From: Tubulanus polymorphus
Taxonomy: Eukaryota > Animalia > Nemertea
Reading direction: 5' to 3'
Assembly: GCF_964204645.1 (NCBI RefSeq)
Contig: NC_134026.1
Span: forward strand, 30,972,150-31,036,149
DNA: 64,000 nt
Numbering within the stretch: the stretch's first letter is position 1; each line of letters starts with the position of its first letter. The position numbers were made by a program, and so were the translations under genes. The notes beneath the pieces were generated by a model. That model ran no database searches. It was not told the origin of the DNA and worked only from the letters and a program-made list of their open reading frames with translations. Below, one piece after another: positions 23,101-36,518 of this stretch.

Positions 23101-24980
23101 TTACATGAACAAAATGAGAAACTTCAATTGATTCAATTCAACTTTTTAACTTCACTTCTAAAAGCATTTGATCATCATCGATATTGAAATATTGATGTAT
23201 AAAAATATTGGATTCATTGTGAATCTTTTGCAAAATAGAGATTTCAGTAACTAAGATGGAATGGTGAGTCTTCTTTAGAAGATCAAGATTTCACTATAAA
23301 TTCTCTAAGTTGATCTTAATTTACCTAACACTTACTGGGGAATCCAGAACTTTCAAACAAGTAAAACTAAATATCAACTCCACATCAAAATATGAGGCTT
23401 CATTAAAAGAGATCTCGATGATTCTTTTTTAAATTGAGATTGAGAAATCGGTAAGAAAATATTTGGAATATTGCAAATACTTAAGCGATTACGATTTCAA
23501 GTAAAAAAATACTGAACACCCCGAGATTTTACACATTTCTACAGAGACAATTAACAAATTAATTAAAAGAATTTATTATTAAGAATTTATTTCAAACTGA
23601 GGAATAGGAACTTTGACGATAAAATGATTAAAACAGAGCTCGCGGAGATGATCTTATTACATGTAATGGCACAAGACAAGCGTGCTCACCACTGAACCGA
23701 TAGAACTTAAGTCTAATTAGTCAGTGATTAAACAGCGCTTGATTTCGTTATACAAAATACTATGAGAAACTAGTAACTATTTTAAACAGTTTCTAGTTTC
23801 TATAATACACCTTTAACAGAGCTCACAGAGACAATTTGAACTTTGTTAGTAGGATTTAGGGGGGCTAGCGATCGAACTAATGGTTATACACCTTCATATA
23901 ATCTTTTCAGTCAAACAAACTGTAACAACTAATATTCTATATTATATTCTCTCCTATATTGAGTCACATTATTTCTCTATCACAGAACTTTATAAAGATG
24001 ATGTTTAATACTTTTGGGCTAGTGAGACTATGTTTAGTTAGTACATCTAGCCAAGTGAACTAGCGTCCACGCGACTAGTGACTAAACAGCTTATAAAATA
24101 CTATAACGAGACAACTTATTTTCAGACGCTGCAAGCGTGCTCAGCATTAGACCTAGAGAACAAGTCAACTAGGCTAAAATATACACCTTTTAACAGTTAC
24201 ACATTTCAGAACAGATACTGAATTCAAAACAACTTACAATGATTTAAGGCAAGCTCATTAAACCACTCAACATTTACAAGATTATTACTGATCAATAACT
24301 ATATCAAATTACTGCTTGGCAGATGTAATAAGAATTTACTAACACTTTTACAAAGCAAGTTCTTTCTATCTTAACACATGAGTAAAGCTAATATACGTTA
24401 TATTAATTCCAGCACAGAGCTAACAGAGACAAGATCTTTTTTTGAACGATTTTGTTAGCAAAATTTTGGCCCAATAGAGGTTTTGTTATGAGGCGATAAA
24501 GAGAAAAGTCGTTTTACGATCTTTTCCTTTAAGTTTTCTTATGTGAAGTAATGATTGTGAACTCGTGCGGTGCAGACACAGAACATCGTTTAACGATTTT
24601 GTGTCATTTGGATGATTTTTTTTCTTTTCACTTTCAGTTAGATATTAAGCGTTAGAAATCTAAGTTTTTTGAGAGGAGCTTTTAAAAAAGCTTTTCGACA
24701 CCTCATTCTTAGTGTATTTTTACACATTCTACTTTTGGGTTTTGTAAACCCTGTAGCGCTCCACTCTATCCTTTCTCTCCCGCAATAGAAAAATAAATCA
24801 AACTTAGCTTTTTTATATTGCGACAATCATCAGTGTGGATCAACTGCGAGGTAGTGTGGATCAACTGGTGGTTCCACGATGCATCTGTTGGATTCTTCTG
24901 GTAGTATTTATGAACATGACTGTGCTAATTCTCCGTAGAATCTTCCGTTGGTCTCGCAGCATTAGTTATCGTCTAGATTT
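20161..24980. repeat. ~4.8 kb tandem macro-repeat, unit 2
   Basis: Highly similar to units 1 and 3, with scattered substitutions and indels. Confidence 0.95.
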
Positions 24981-27900
24981 ATTTTGAAACATTCAGCTGG
25001 AAAGAAATGATATTTTTGAGGTGTACAATCCGTTCGAACATCTTATAATTTTACATGGAGAAGTTAAAATCAGTCTCTGTCATTTACAATTGCAATAATT
25101 GTATTATTTGATCAGTGATTGTCAATAAACCCCCGATTGATTAGTATTAGTAGCGTTAGTTAATCACTATTTAACACAGTGATCATTAACGTAGATTTCT
25201 CTGATACAAGATCAGTTAACGTTGATTTTATACAAAGTCCGCAGTGTCTTTAAAAAGACATTGAGATCCTACTGAACCTCATTGTCCGAGGAGTTTTGAT
25301 TTTCTTTTGACATTTTTCGGGGCTGTCTATTCTAAGACGATTTTCTTTGATTAGGCGGGAAAAGGACTAATTGGAGTTTGTTAAATTGGGAGCTAATAGA
25401 GAGACTGGTAACGCCACCTATTGCTCAGGCCTTTTAGTCTCTGCGCTCTGATAGGAATAGACAGTACTAAAAGGTGGATGTGCGAGTTCTAGGCGACTGG
25501 TAACGCCACCTATCGCTCGTCACCATCCTACCTTTAGCACTGAGAGTTGGGAGCTATAGGAAGGCTGGTAGCGCCACCTATTATTGCTCAGGCACCATAG
25601 TCTCTGCGCACTTACCTGATGCTCTGATCAAAGTTTAATGTATTTTTAGTTTTAGGGGAGTTTTTGAAATCTAAGAGCTATAGGAAGGCTGGTAGCGCCA
25701 CCTATTGCTCGGACACCATCATCTCCGCACACTTACCCAAAGCTCTGATTGTAAGGTTTCAGTGATTTTGGGAGAGTTTGAGAGGATGGTAGCACCACCT
25801 ATTGCTGAGGAATGGTCTACTCTTCGTCTCTGATAAGGCTGAATGCGTGGCTACCACAAGTGGCCAAGTGTCAAGTCAAACACAACTCATTGTGATAAGT
25901 AATTACAGTCTCATGGATGAAACCAACTTCTTATTAATGCATTTCAAGAGGCACAAAATGTGACAGAACACTTTTAAACCAGTGTGCACTAAATATCAGT
26001 AAATCATATGAAAATATCAACTTGTCATCAAAAAGTGAAGCTTTGATTGAAAGAGATCTTGAAATGACTCTTTTTGAAATTGAGATTCCACAAACAAAGA
26101 TTGAGCCTTCAGTAAGACGACATTTCAAATATCGTCAAAACTCTTGATATTGAGAATCTAGTGACAAAGATTCACTGACTGCACGTGATATATCAATATC
26201 TACTAATTGACGATATATCAAAATACTGATAGAAGTGACACAGTAATTAAACTAACATTCATAATTTCACATCAAAAGTTTCTCAAATTCTTTTTCATGG
26301 ATGATATTATCAGAGGACTGGCTCTGAAATTCTCGATATCCTACAGTGTTTTTCAGTCAAAAAGAAAAACACAAAAATTCTAATGAGTTTTTTCCGTCAA
26401 ATAGAAAAAACAGAATTGAAGTTTTTCCGTCAAAATGAAAAACTCAATGTTAAGTGATACAGTAATTTTGTATTTCAAGTTTCAGATGAAATAGCGACAA
26501 CCATCATTCATGCAGGTTTCATCTCTCAAATATTATTAGTCTGGTTTTCTGAATTCAAACTTAAGGAGTAGCGCAGGAGTAGCGCAGCAGCAGCGGCAGC
26601 AGCACCAAACAAACATAGAAATCACCAAATAATTTTGAGAAACTCTTTCACATTTTAACTGATGACATTCAGAATACAATACATGTGATTAAAACAAATA
26701 TAATGATTATGCAAATGAGATTGGAGAGAGTGCCACAAATGAATCGGGACTTTCATCTAATACGAGCACGCTGAAAACAGAAACATGTGTTAAATTGAAT
26801 GAGGCAAACCATTATGTATAAGACATGAATGAGTTCGCGGTGGTCCTTTTTGACCGGTTAAACTGACTTAACAAATAAAGAATGGTGAAATGTTGAATTG
26901 TAAATTTGTACTCGGAGAAGTCCCAAAACGACACCTCACCACTCATTTATTGTATCTCTAACCTAATGCTATTAATAGAACTGTACACAAAAAAAACATA
27001 AAACAGCCTTAAATAAATGATATTGAATATGAATTTTACCTCAAAATACCTCAAATTACTATATTTTGAAAAAGTGCCATTAAATGTTGAAGGACTTCAG
27101 TCTAATACGAGTACAAACAAATTAACGGTAAAAATATATTCAAAATTTGAATGAAGGTAAATTGATTGAAATCGAACCATTTATGCAGAGCATTACATAA
27201 AATAACTACTACATAAATAAGTTCACACTAGTGGCCTTGAATTAGACCAGATTGAAACTGATAAATCTTTAGAATTGTACTCGGACAAGTCCTGTATTTA
27301 TTTCAAAAAAGGCACTTCATTTTTTTCTAGTTCCTTATCATTCTATTGACACTGGTATCACTGATATTTATTATCAGCAAAAATATATTAAACTGAATTT
27401 GAAGTGAAGTTTCAAAGCGTCAAAGCTTTTACTCACTACACTTTATTTCAAGGGATTTCTACTTTTGATTGTTTGGTGCAAATTTAATCAATTAGAGTAT
27501 TTTAGATAACCAGACATTTTTTCATTTTGACTGAAACCTGCTCCAAGAAGGTTGCGCAGATTTGTATTAAATTGATAATAAACTGATCAAATTTCTACTT
27601 AATGTCAATAATTCTATAAGATATTCATATCTATATAAATATCAATATTCAATATCGAAATTAATTTTTTTGACTTTACTTCAAATTGAATTCATTTACG
27701 GAATTTCATTTTTCAAAACAATGAATTCGAAGGTAAGAACTTCCCTTGATTTTCTGAGAAACAATAGTTTTGTATCGAAATGATATTTCATGAACAAAGT
27801 GAGAAGGAAATTCAATCAATTCCTTTCAAAATAAAGATATAACTAACAAAGATGGAATGACGATTCTTTTACGATCAATTTTCACAAGATTCAGACGATT

Positions 27901-29661
27901 GACTAAGATTATATTTACATTCGAAATTACATGAACAAAATGAGATACTTCAATTGATTCAATTCAACTTTTTAACTTCACTTCTAAAAGCATTTGATCA
28001 TCATCGATATTGAAATATTGATGTATAAAAATATTGGATTCATTGTGAATCTTTTGCAAAATAGAGATTTCAGTAACTAAGATGGAATGGTGAGTCTTCT
28101 TTAGAAGATCAAGATTTCACTATAAATTCTCTAAGTTGATCTTAATTTACCTAACACTTACTGGGGAATCCAGAACTTTCAAACAAGTAAAACTAAATAT
28201 CAACTCCACATCAAAATATGAGGCTTCATTAAAAGAGATCTCGATGATTCTTTTTTAAATTGAGATTGAGAAATCGGTAAGAAAATATTTGGAATATTGC
28301 AAATACTTAAGCGATTACGATTTCAAGTAAAAAAATACTTAACACCCCGAGATTTTACACATTTCTACAGAGACAATTAACAAATTAATTAAAAGAATTT
28401 ATCATTAAGAATTTATTTCAAATTGAGGAATAGGAACTTTGACGATAAAATGATTAAAACAGAGCTCGCGGAGATGATCTTATTACACGTACTGGCACAA
28501 GACAAGCGTGCTCACCACTGAACCGATAGAACTTAAGTCTAATTAGTCAGTGATTAAACAGCGCTTGATTTCGTTATACAAAATACTATGAGAAACTAGT
28601 AACTATTTTAAACAGTTTCTAGTTTCTATAATACACCTTTCACAGAGCTCACAGAGACAATTTGAACTTTGTTAGTAGGATTTAGGGGGGCTAGCGATCG
28701 AACTAATGGTTATACACCTTCATATAATCTTTTCAGTCAAACAAACTGTAACAACTAATATTCTATATTATATTCTCTCCTATATTGAGTCACATTATTT
28801 CTCTATCACAGAACTTTATAAAGATAAACGTTTAATACTTTTTGGGCTAGTGAGACTATGTTTAGTTAGTACATCTAGCCAAGTGAACTAGCGTCCACGC
28901 GACTAGTGACTAAACAGCTTATAAAATACTATAACGAGACAACTTATTTTCAGACGCTGCAAGCGTGCTCAGCATTAGACCTAGAGAACAAGTCAACTAG
29001 GCTAAAATATACACCTTTTAACAGTTACACATTTCAGAACAGATACTGAATTCAAAACAACTTACAATGATTTAAGGCAAGCTCATTAAACCACTCAACA
29101 TTTACAAGAATATTACTGATCAATAACTATATTAAATTACTGCTTGGCAGATGTAATAAGAATTTACTAACACTTTTACAAAGCAAGTTCTTTCTATCTT
29201 AACACACGAATAAAGCTAATATACGTTATATTAATTCCAGCACAGAGCTAACAGAGACAAGATCTTTTTTTGAACGATTTTGTTAGCAAAATTTTGGCCC
29301 AATAGAGGTTTTGTTATGAGGCTGATAAAGAGAAAAGTCGTTTTACGATCTTTTCCTTTAAGTTTTCTTATGTGAAGTAATGATTGTGAACTCGTGCGGT
29401 GCAGACACAGAACATCGTTTAACGATTTTGTGTCATTTGGATGATTTTTTTTCTTTTCACTTTCAGTTAGATATTAAGCGTTAGAAATCTAAGTTTTTTG
29501 AGAGGAGCTTTTAAAAAAGCTTTTCGACACCTCATTCTTAGTGTATTTTTACACATTCTATTTTTGGGTTTTGTAAACCCTGTAGCGCTCCACTCTCTCC
29601 TTTCTCTCCCGCAATAGAAAAATAAATCAAACTTAGCTTTTTTATATTGCGACAATCATCA
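24981..29661. repeat. ~4.8 kb tandem macro-repeat, unit 3
   Basis: Highly similar to units 1 and 2; similarity ends at GACAATCATCA ~29661. Confidence 0.95.
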
Positions 29662-29679
29662 CTGGGAGGTAGTGCTCTC

Positions 29680-29962
29680 AGTAGTTCTAGTAGTAGTAGT
29701 TCATTTTCTAGGAGTTCATCTTTTAGTTCTAATAGTTCATTGGACCCTAGTAGTGCCGTAGTTACTAGTAGTAGTTCATTTTCTAGGAGTTCATCTTTTA
29801 GTTCTAATAGTTCATTGGACCCTAGTAGTGACGTAGTTACTAGTAGTAGTTCATCTTCTAGGAGTTCATCTTCTAGTTAGAATAGTTCATTGGACCCTAG
29901 TAGTGCTGTGGTTTCTAGTAGTAGTTCATCTTCTAGTAGTTCTAGTAATTAGTTCATCTTCT
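29680..29962. repeat. ~75-bp minisatellite built of TAG/TTC sub-repeats, about 3.5 copies
   Basis: AGTAGTTCATTTTCTAGGAGTTCATC...TTGGACCCTAGTAGTG recurs at ~75 bp spacing. Confidence 0.85.
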
Positions 29963-31291
29963 CGATGTTCTAGGTCGTGGCTGGTCGACAACTTGGTTCA
30001 TCTTGCATTTGATGCATTCTTCTGACGGTCTCCATAAAAAAACACTTTCTGCGGCTGGAAATAAAGAAAATAGTAGATAATTTCTTGGAATCAGAATGTT
30101 AACGTTTACAATATGAAGCAAAGAAAAAAATATAGTTCAATCTCTGCGAGTAGAAACATGGATTATTACAACAAAATGAAAATAAATTGGGAATACAAAA
30201 AATTACGATTTATGAAAATGATTCTATGAAATTGTTATCAAAGTGTTCACAACAACTTTATTAGATGCAATGTTACTGGATATAAGACAATTACAATCAA
30301 TCCATAATTTAGAATTCAAACTTTCTCACCATGAAAACGGATGTTCTTGTTCTTGTTTTATTTAATTCAGCCCAGCACATCAGGACAGCATACAGGCAGC
30401 ACGGTGGCTCAGACATGAGTGCGGCGATTTAGACAGGGCGCCAACTGCTCTCAAACCTATTGACGCGTTACCGGATTAGGTTGGGAGACTATAGGCAACG
30501 GGCTGGCATTTTTACAGTGACCAATCAGAGAGAGCATCGTCCTTGAATAGATTCACCGCGCGAGGTCGAGGTTGACTCGTTCCGCTCTGGCCGACTCGAA
30601 ACCCTTCACCGCCGCCCGTTCCGCTAATAAACACCGGACTCGAACAGACCCTTCCACATTCATAGTGTATTTCATTATTACGATAGAAAGAATTAATCAA
30701 ATCTTAGAGATCTTAAAATCTAATTCTTAAAGTGGCCCGCCCGTCTCTCACTCGTGACAAAAAAGCATTTTTTCAACTGGATGTGGTTTAGACATTTTAA
30801 AACCCGATTTTCAATTAACTCAGATTTAAGACTGCACTTGGAATCAAGCCTCCAATCGGCTCCGAGAGGCAATATTATATCTCAGACAGTAGCGAGAGAG
30901 TCTGACTGATGTCATTTCGAATTCAAATTCTGGTGTCATCTCTGAATCCTCAAAGTCCCTGACTCGTTGATTCGTGATCAAACTCAATTAGATTCACTCT
31001 CTTATAGTCCCGAGAGGTCTCGGAGCCCGCGCCTCCTCAAAATTGAGAAAATTTTGAAAATTTGCCTGCTCAAATGGCATATTGATACCGGACCCATACG
31101 AAACTAGAAAAATATGGAAATTGTATCGACGGCGTAATCGATTCATTTTAAAAATAATATAGATCAATCTTTCGGACAAATCAGCTGATGTAAAATAAGT
31201 CTCAGTGGGGCTCGAATCGCCAAAAGTTTGTACAGGGCTGTCGAGACTGTGATTAAGAAATAACCGATTCAATATTCAATTCAATTCAATA

Positions 31292-33092
31292 ATGGGTCGC
31301 AGTAGAAGTCGTTCACCAAATCGTAGAGGTAAAAATCATTCGATTCTCAGCGTTCTGGTTCTCGATTCAAATGCAAGATGAAAATTCAGTTTAATTCAAT
31401 GATTTTGTGAAACTTTTGCGTTAATTAAAGTCTTTGATCGCGCTTAAAATTGCAGAGAAAATGAGTATAATTTTAGTTTGATAGTCGACCGCTAGGCGAT
31501 AGAATAGTCGATTTGTTTTCATTTGTTTCGTCGCCTTTTTGTAGAAACACGAAGAAGATCGAGATCAAGAGAAAGGGATCGAAAACGTGACAGAGACGTT
31601 AGAGATAGAGGTACTTGACTGTTTCATCTGAGAGTGAGAAATTGCCGAAATTCACAACTATATCCATAAAAAATGCAAAAATAGCTACAATGTTACTGAA
31701 AGTGAAAGAAAGCTTGTGGGAATGGAGAAGGCTCAAATAACAATATGCTTTTTAAATTTTAGAATTATCTCCAGTAGTTTTCGAGATATCGCAAATTTAA
31801 GTTTGAAAATTTTGAACGAAAAGTGTCTTCATGTTTCAATACGCTTAAACTGTGATCTAAAAGTCACTACTTGCTATTTACCACCACCTCCTCGTGTGCA
31901 TGCTGTGTGCTGGTCTTTTTGAAACGATTGTAGTCATCAATCAGTATCCAGATGCTTGATGCATAATTCTCATGCTGATGCATAAAGATTTTATATATTT
32001 CATGACACTGAACCCAGGAAATGAACTGTAGGAGTTCAAAGAGTTAACTCTAACTCACAACTGGAAAACTGGTCCAAAAAGAGTGGGTTCAAACAACTGC
32101 TAGAAATAAAATAAATCGGTGTAGAAATGTTTTCTCATTATATTTTACAGACAGGGATCGTTACAATAGAAGGTCAAGGTCGAGGTCACCGGTGATTCTT
32201 CCTCGTAGGAGGTCAAGGTCGCGATCTAGGTAAATATAGGCCTATATCTTACAGGGTTTCCCTGTGTTCTACTCTGCAGAAATGCCTAAGATGTTTTTTA
32301 TTTTTCCTTCAGGGATCGCTCAGAAAAACAGAATGTCAACACATCAGGTCCAACTAATCCGAAATTATTGTCGAAACCTGAAGTCAGCGGTGAGTTTGAG
32401 TTTTATTGAATTGAGAACCCAGTTTTACGCCTTAAATTACAGTTAAAACATTGGAAATAAACTCACTTTAACTCTTTGAATCAAACTAGACCTACGTGTT
32501 CTGTGTTTACAATTGAGTCCTGGTCCACTGTACTTCAATCTCTAAGTGAGGTCTAAAACCTTCAGACCGGTCTTAAGTTCTAAGTTTTGTTATAAAACTA
32601 GAATGAGCTTAGACTGGTCTTAAGTTGCCTTAGATTGGTTATAGAACCAAAATGAGCTTAGACTGGTCTTAAGTTGTTAGATTGGTTATAGAACCAAAAT
32701 GAACTTAGACTGGTCTTAAGTTGTTAGATTGGTTAGAATTAGACTGGTCTTGCTGTGGAAAAGCCTTGACTATGAAACTGGTCCAATACGTATGTTGTAT
32801 CTATTTACAGAGGCAGAAGCAGCTGAAATTTCTCCCGAAGATCAAGAGATGATGAAAGTTATGGGTTTTGGAGGTTTTGATACAACAAAGGTTTCTATTT
32901 CACTGCTGTTATTGAGAACTCTCTTCATGATGTAATTATTATAATATGACAAAACGATTTGCTGTTTACTTTCAGGGTAAACAAGTCGATGGCAATAACA
33001 TTTATCAAGCAAATTTATTACGAAAAAGACGTTACAGACAATACATGAACAGGAGAGGTGGATTTAATAGACCACTAGATTTTATAGCTTAA
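31292..33092 (+). CDS. SNRNP27: U4/U6.U5 tri-snRNP 27 kDa protein (6 exons: ~31292-31328, 31545-31610, 32151-32229, 32313-32389, 32811-32890, 32976-33092)
   Basis: [11 protein letters not shown]-rich N-terminus; [15 protein letters not shown]|GKQVDGN...[23 protein letters not shown]-terminal signature; GT-AG introns. Confidence 0.95.
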
Positions 33093-33339
33093 ATGATGTT
33101 GCGTAACCGTCCTGTGGTGCGAACTTTATGAACTCTGTAGTGTGTCGGTGTCCCCCTAGGGGTCACTGAAGCTCGAAGATACTGATATTTGTGAGAGATG
33201 TTTTATTTAAAAATCGATCTGCTATTATGTAAATGAACGGAAATAAATGTTGTAAATAACTTCGATTTTCTTTGTATTCGTTTGTGACTGTAGGTATATC
33301 CCCGCTGGTCACATCTGACGTCATTCGAGGATTTCCAAC

Positions 33340-35526
33340 ATGGCCGCGCCCATGAAAATACACGTTTTATTGAATATTTCTCGGTTTTTACGTTTTCCTA
33401 GTTTGCCTCTGATCGTATGTAGTCGGTTTAACGGTAGAATCAGTAAAGGGAAATTTAGGACGGTTTCCGAGGAGCAGAAACTAAAATTCCAGAGAAAAAC
33501 TGGCGGTAGACTGCGTGATCGTACTGAGTACCAAAATGAACCGATTTACAGCAGCCATAACCAACAAGAACTAAAAACTCCAACTTCAGAACTGAAATAT
33601 TTGAAACTTGAAGATGGGGACCGGCGATTTGTGTAAGTTACGAATTCTCGGTTTAAGTCGGATGTGAGAAGCATGGGTTTTTGGAGCGACTGCTGCAGTT
33701 TGTGTCCCTCTGTTATTACGTATCGCCTATCGGTACAAAAAGCCACACAGTAGAAAGGTGACCTTAGATGCAGTTAGACCGCCAGCATGTAAGCTCTCAG
33801 TACATCCAGTACTCAGAGCGCAGCTAATCGACGGCCACTCTCTGGACTTGATGAAACTTTATGATGAAGTTTTCCTGTCCAAGTTTTGGTCACCTTCCCA
33901 CTTCCCACTTGCGTTATTAGTACAGTTATGGTTGTCTTAGGTACAGACAACTGCAGTCTCTCATACGGTTATATTGAAAATTCAGTCGTTCTATTTTATT
34001 TTCTGTTTTAGTAAAGTTGTCAGCTCCGCAAAATCGAGGAAATATCGCGAGGAAGAAGAGTTAATTCTACTGGAAGGAAAACGACTGATAAATGATGCGT
34101 TATCTTCGGGAGTGAAATTAAAATCTCTTTATTTCACTCGGAAAGATCTGTTAAACGAACTTCAATCTTTATCGCAGTTAGAATACAAATATCAGTTATA
34201 CAAAATACAGTATCAAAGTTTAAAAATCTGGTCAGATGTAAAAACACCATCAGGATTACTGGGTAAATAGTGTAGAACCTATCTGTGCAGTAAAATTCAC
34301 ACATGGCTTCAATCAAACTTATCTTGAACTTGCTGTAAAATGAAATGAATTCTGATTTTGTTTGATCGTAAACTTGGAACTAATTTTGTCTCTCGTACCA
34401 GTTTGTAATAGTAAGGACTGGGCGAGGTTTACTGGTACGTGAAGTTTCTTCGACAGATCATCATCTCAATTATTGATTTCAAGTTTTTTTACTTGCAGCT
34501 GTGTTTAAGAAACCGCCTCCAGTCGCCGCGCCGCAATCACAATTCCCTTTAACCATCGTTTGTGATAACATCAGAGACCCAGGAAATATGGGGACAATCA
34601 TCCGATCAGCTGCAGCAGCTGGATGTCAGAGGATTCTATTCTCAAAAGGTTTTATTTGATATATTCAATTCACTGAATTCTGGGTGGTCACTGACCTGAC
34701 AAAACTTGAGGAATCAGAAAAAAACGGGGACAATTTGGGGAATTCAAATAATGTTATTGTTCTTGATCAATACTTGATTCAATGAAAAATATATGAATTG
34801 TAAGATTTTGAATCTTGAAATTTCTCTGATTCACTCCTGGAATTGTGTTATAACGTGGACAAATCAGCGAAAACTCAGGGGATTTAGGTAACTGGGTGGA
34901 AAGTGGCCTCACAGGAATGTAATGAACGTTTTAAGATAGTTTCAATTGTTAATTGTATTTTTGTAGGATGTGTTGATGTTTGGGAGCCGAAAGTATTACG
35001 TTCTGCAGCCGGTGCTCATTTCAAAATTCCTCTAATCGATAATCTCGAATGGTCGACGATATCCGCTTATATCCGACAAAATTCGGCGGTGTTCCTCGCG
35101 GATATCACTAAAAACAACGACGGAGACGAAATCAATCGCGATCAATTACTAGCGGAACTCGAGAATGAGGAAAACACGTACGAGATTCCGGATTCGGGAA
35201 TTGATAATGATAACGAAATTCGGTCGGAAAACAACGAGGACGATTCATCGTCCGAAACTGAATTTCATAAACACCTCGCTATTTCAAATAAACCGTATTA
35301 CGCTATAAACTACGCTAGGAACGATAGCGTAACGTTAGTGATCGGTGGTGAAACTGAAGGCATCAGTAGCGCCGCCTATAAACTCGTATTTGATAGATTC
35401 GGCGAGAAAGTCTTTATTCCGATGATTAAAGGAATCGATAGTTTGAATTCAGCGATCGCCTGCAGCGTCATCGCCTTCGAGATTAAGAGACAATTTCAAC
35501 AATTGAAAGATAATGAAAACGATTAG
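33340..35526 (+). CDS. MRM3: Mitochondrial rRNA 2'-O-methyltransferase, SpoU family (exons ~33340-33632, 34012-34262, 34499-34648, 34967-35526)
   Basis: Basic mitochondrial-type presequence; ILLEGKRLINDAL; DNIRDPGNMGTIIRSAAAAGC; DVWEPKVLRSAAGAHF; VIGGETEG; DSLNSAIACSVIAFE. Confidence 0.92.
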
Positions 35527-36518
35527 GAACAATTCACCGACTCTTCCTTCGATTCAACTCTTCCTTCGATTCAACTCTTTCTTCGATTCAACTCTGACAT
35601 CTTCGCAGAATTAGAGAATATATAAATATACAATGGATATTGATTGAGATATTGTTCTGTATTTATTGAGCACCTTTTACTACAATACTTCAATGTATGA
35701 TATGCAAATATATCATTAAGCCAAATTTACAAATGCGATTGTTACTAATATAAAATTGATGAAATCAATTGGATCAATATTAACAGTCAATATTTGTTGC
35801 TATAGAGATTGTTTGAATATTGAGCAGATTTTGGTGGGCGTTGTGTTGCTAATAGTGATGATTATTTTCACATTTCTCATGTTTTGATTTGAAATTAACA
35901 TAAAAACGTGCAGTACAACTTAATTGAATCGTCGCATTATTGAATTTGTCTTGAATTCAATCCGATTTAAGTGTTTATTTGGATAAGTCGTCAACATGTC
36001 CGAACTACGACAAGATAACCAAGTTTGCTGGTGGCGGAAAAGTTCCGTTTTAATAATCTCCTAATGTAAACAGTTAATATATAATTCTATAAAGATGAAA
36101 CAAACAAACAGCAGTTTGATTCAAATGGACGCTTCCTCTCGGTACAAACGTGTTACAAAAAAATCGATACAAATACAAGTACGGTACTTGAGTCTAAAAT
36201 ATCAACTTTAACAGTAAAATAATTCACTATAAAACTGATTTAGCACCTTTATTTCATACTTTCTCAGTTGACTGTGCCGCCTGCCACAAAGCCAATCTTA
36301 GGATTATCATGCGTCACCGAGCAAGGATTATCATTTTATCACATTACCTTTGGATTACCTTTTCCAATTCATGAGATAATGACCGATTGACTGGCCAGCA
36401 ATCTACACGCCCCCTCACAGAGATACAACAGTACCGATCGGCGATCTGAAGCAAGCGCACAGTCTAACGTACAAATCTATATTTACAAAAACCGGTTTTA
36501 ATAAAACAAAATGAGAAT

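Larger units (their letters stand above)
13790..30420 (-). ncRNA. Putative spliced repeat-rich long non-coding transcript
   Basis: Minus-strand donors ATG|GTGAG (~30330) and ATG|GTAAG (~14938); acceptors TTTCTTTATTTCCAG (~30055), ATTTCTTTCCAG once per macro-unit (~15407, 20178, 24998) and TTTTTCTATAG (~14838); no recognisable protein; donors inside the units not found. Confidence 0.35.
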
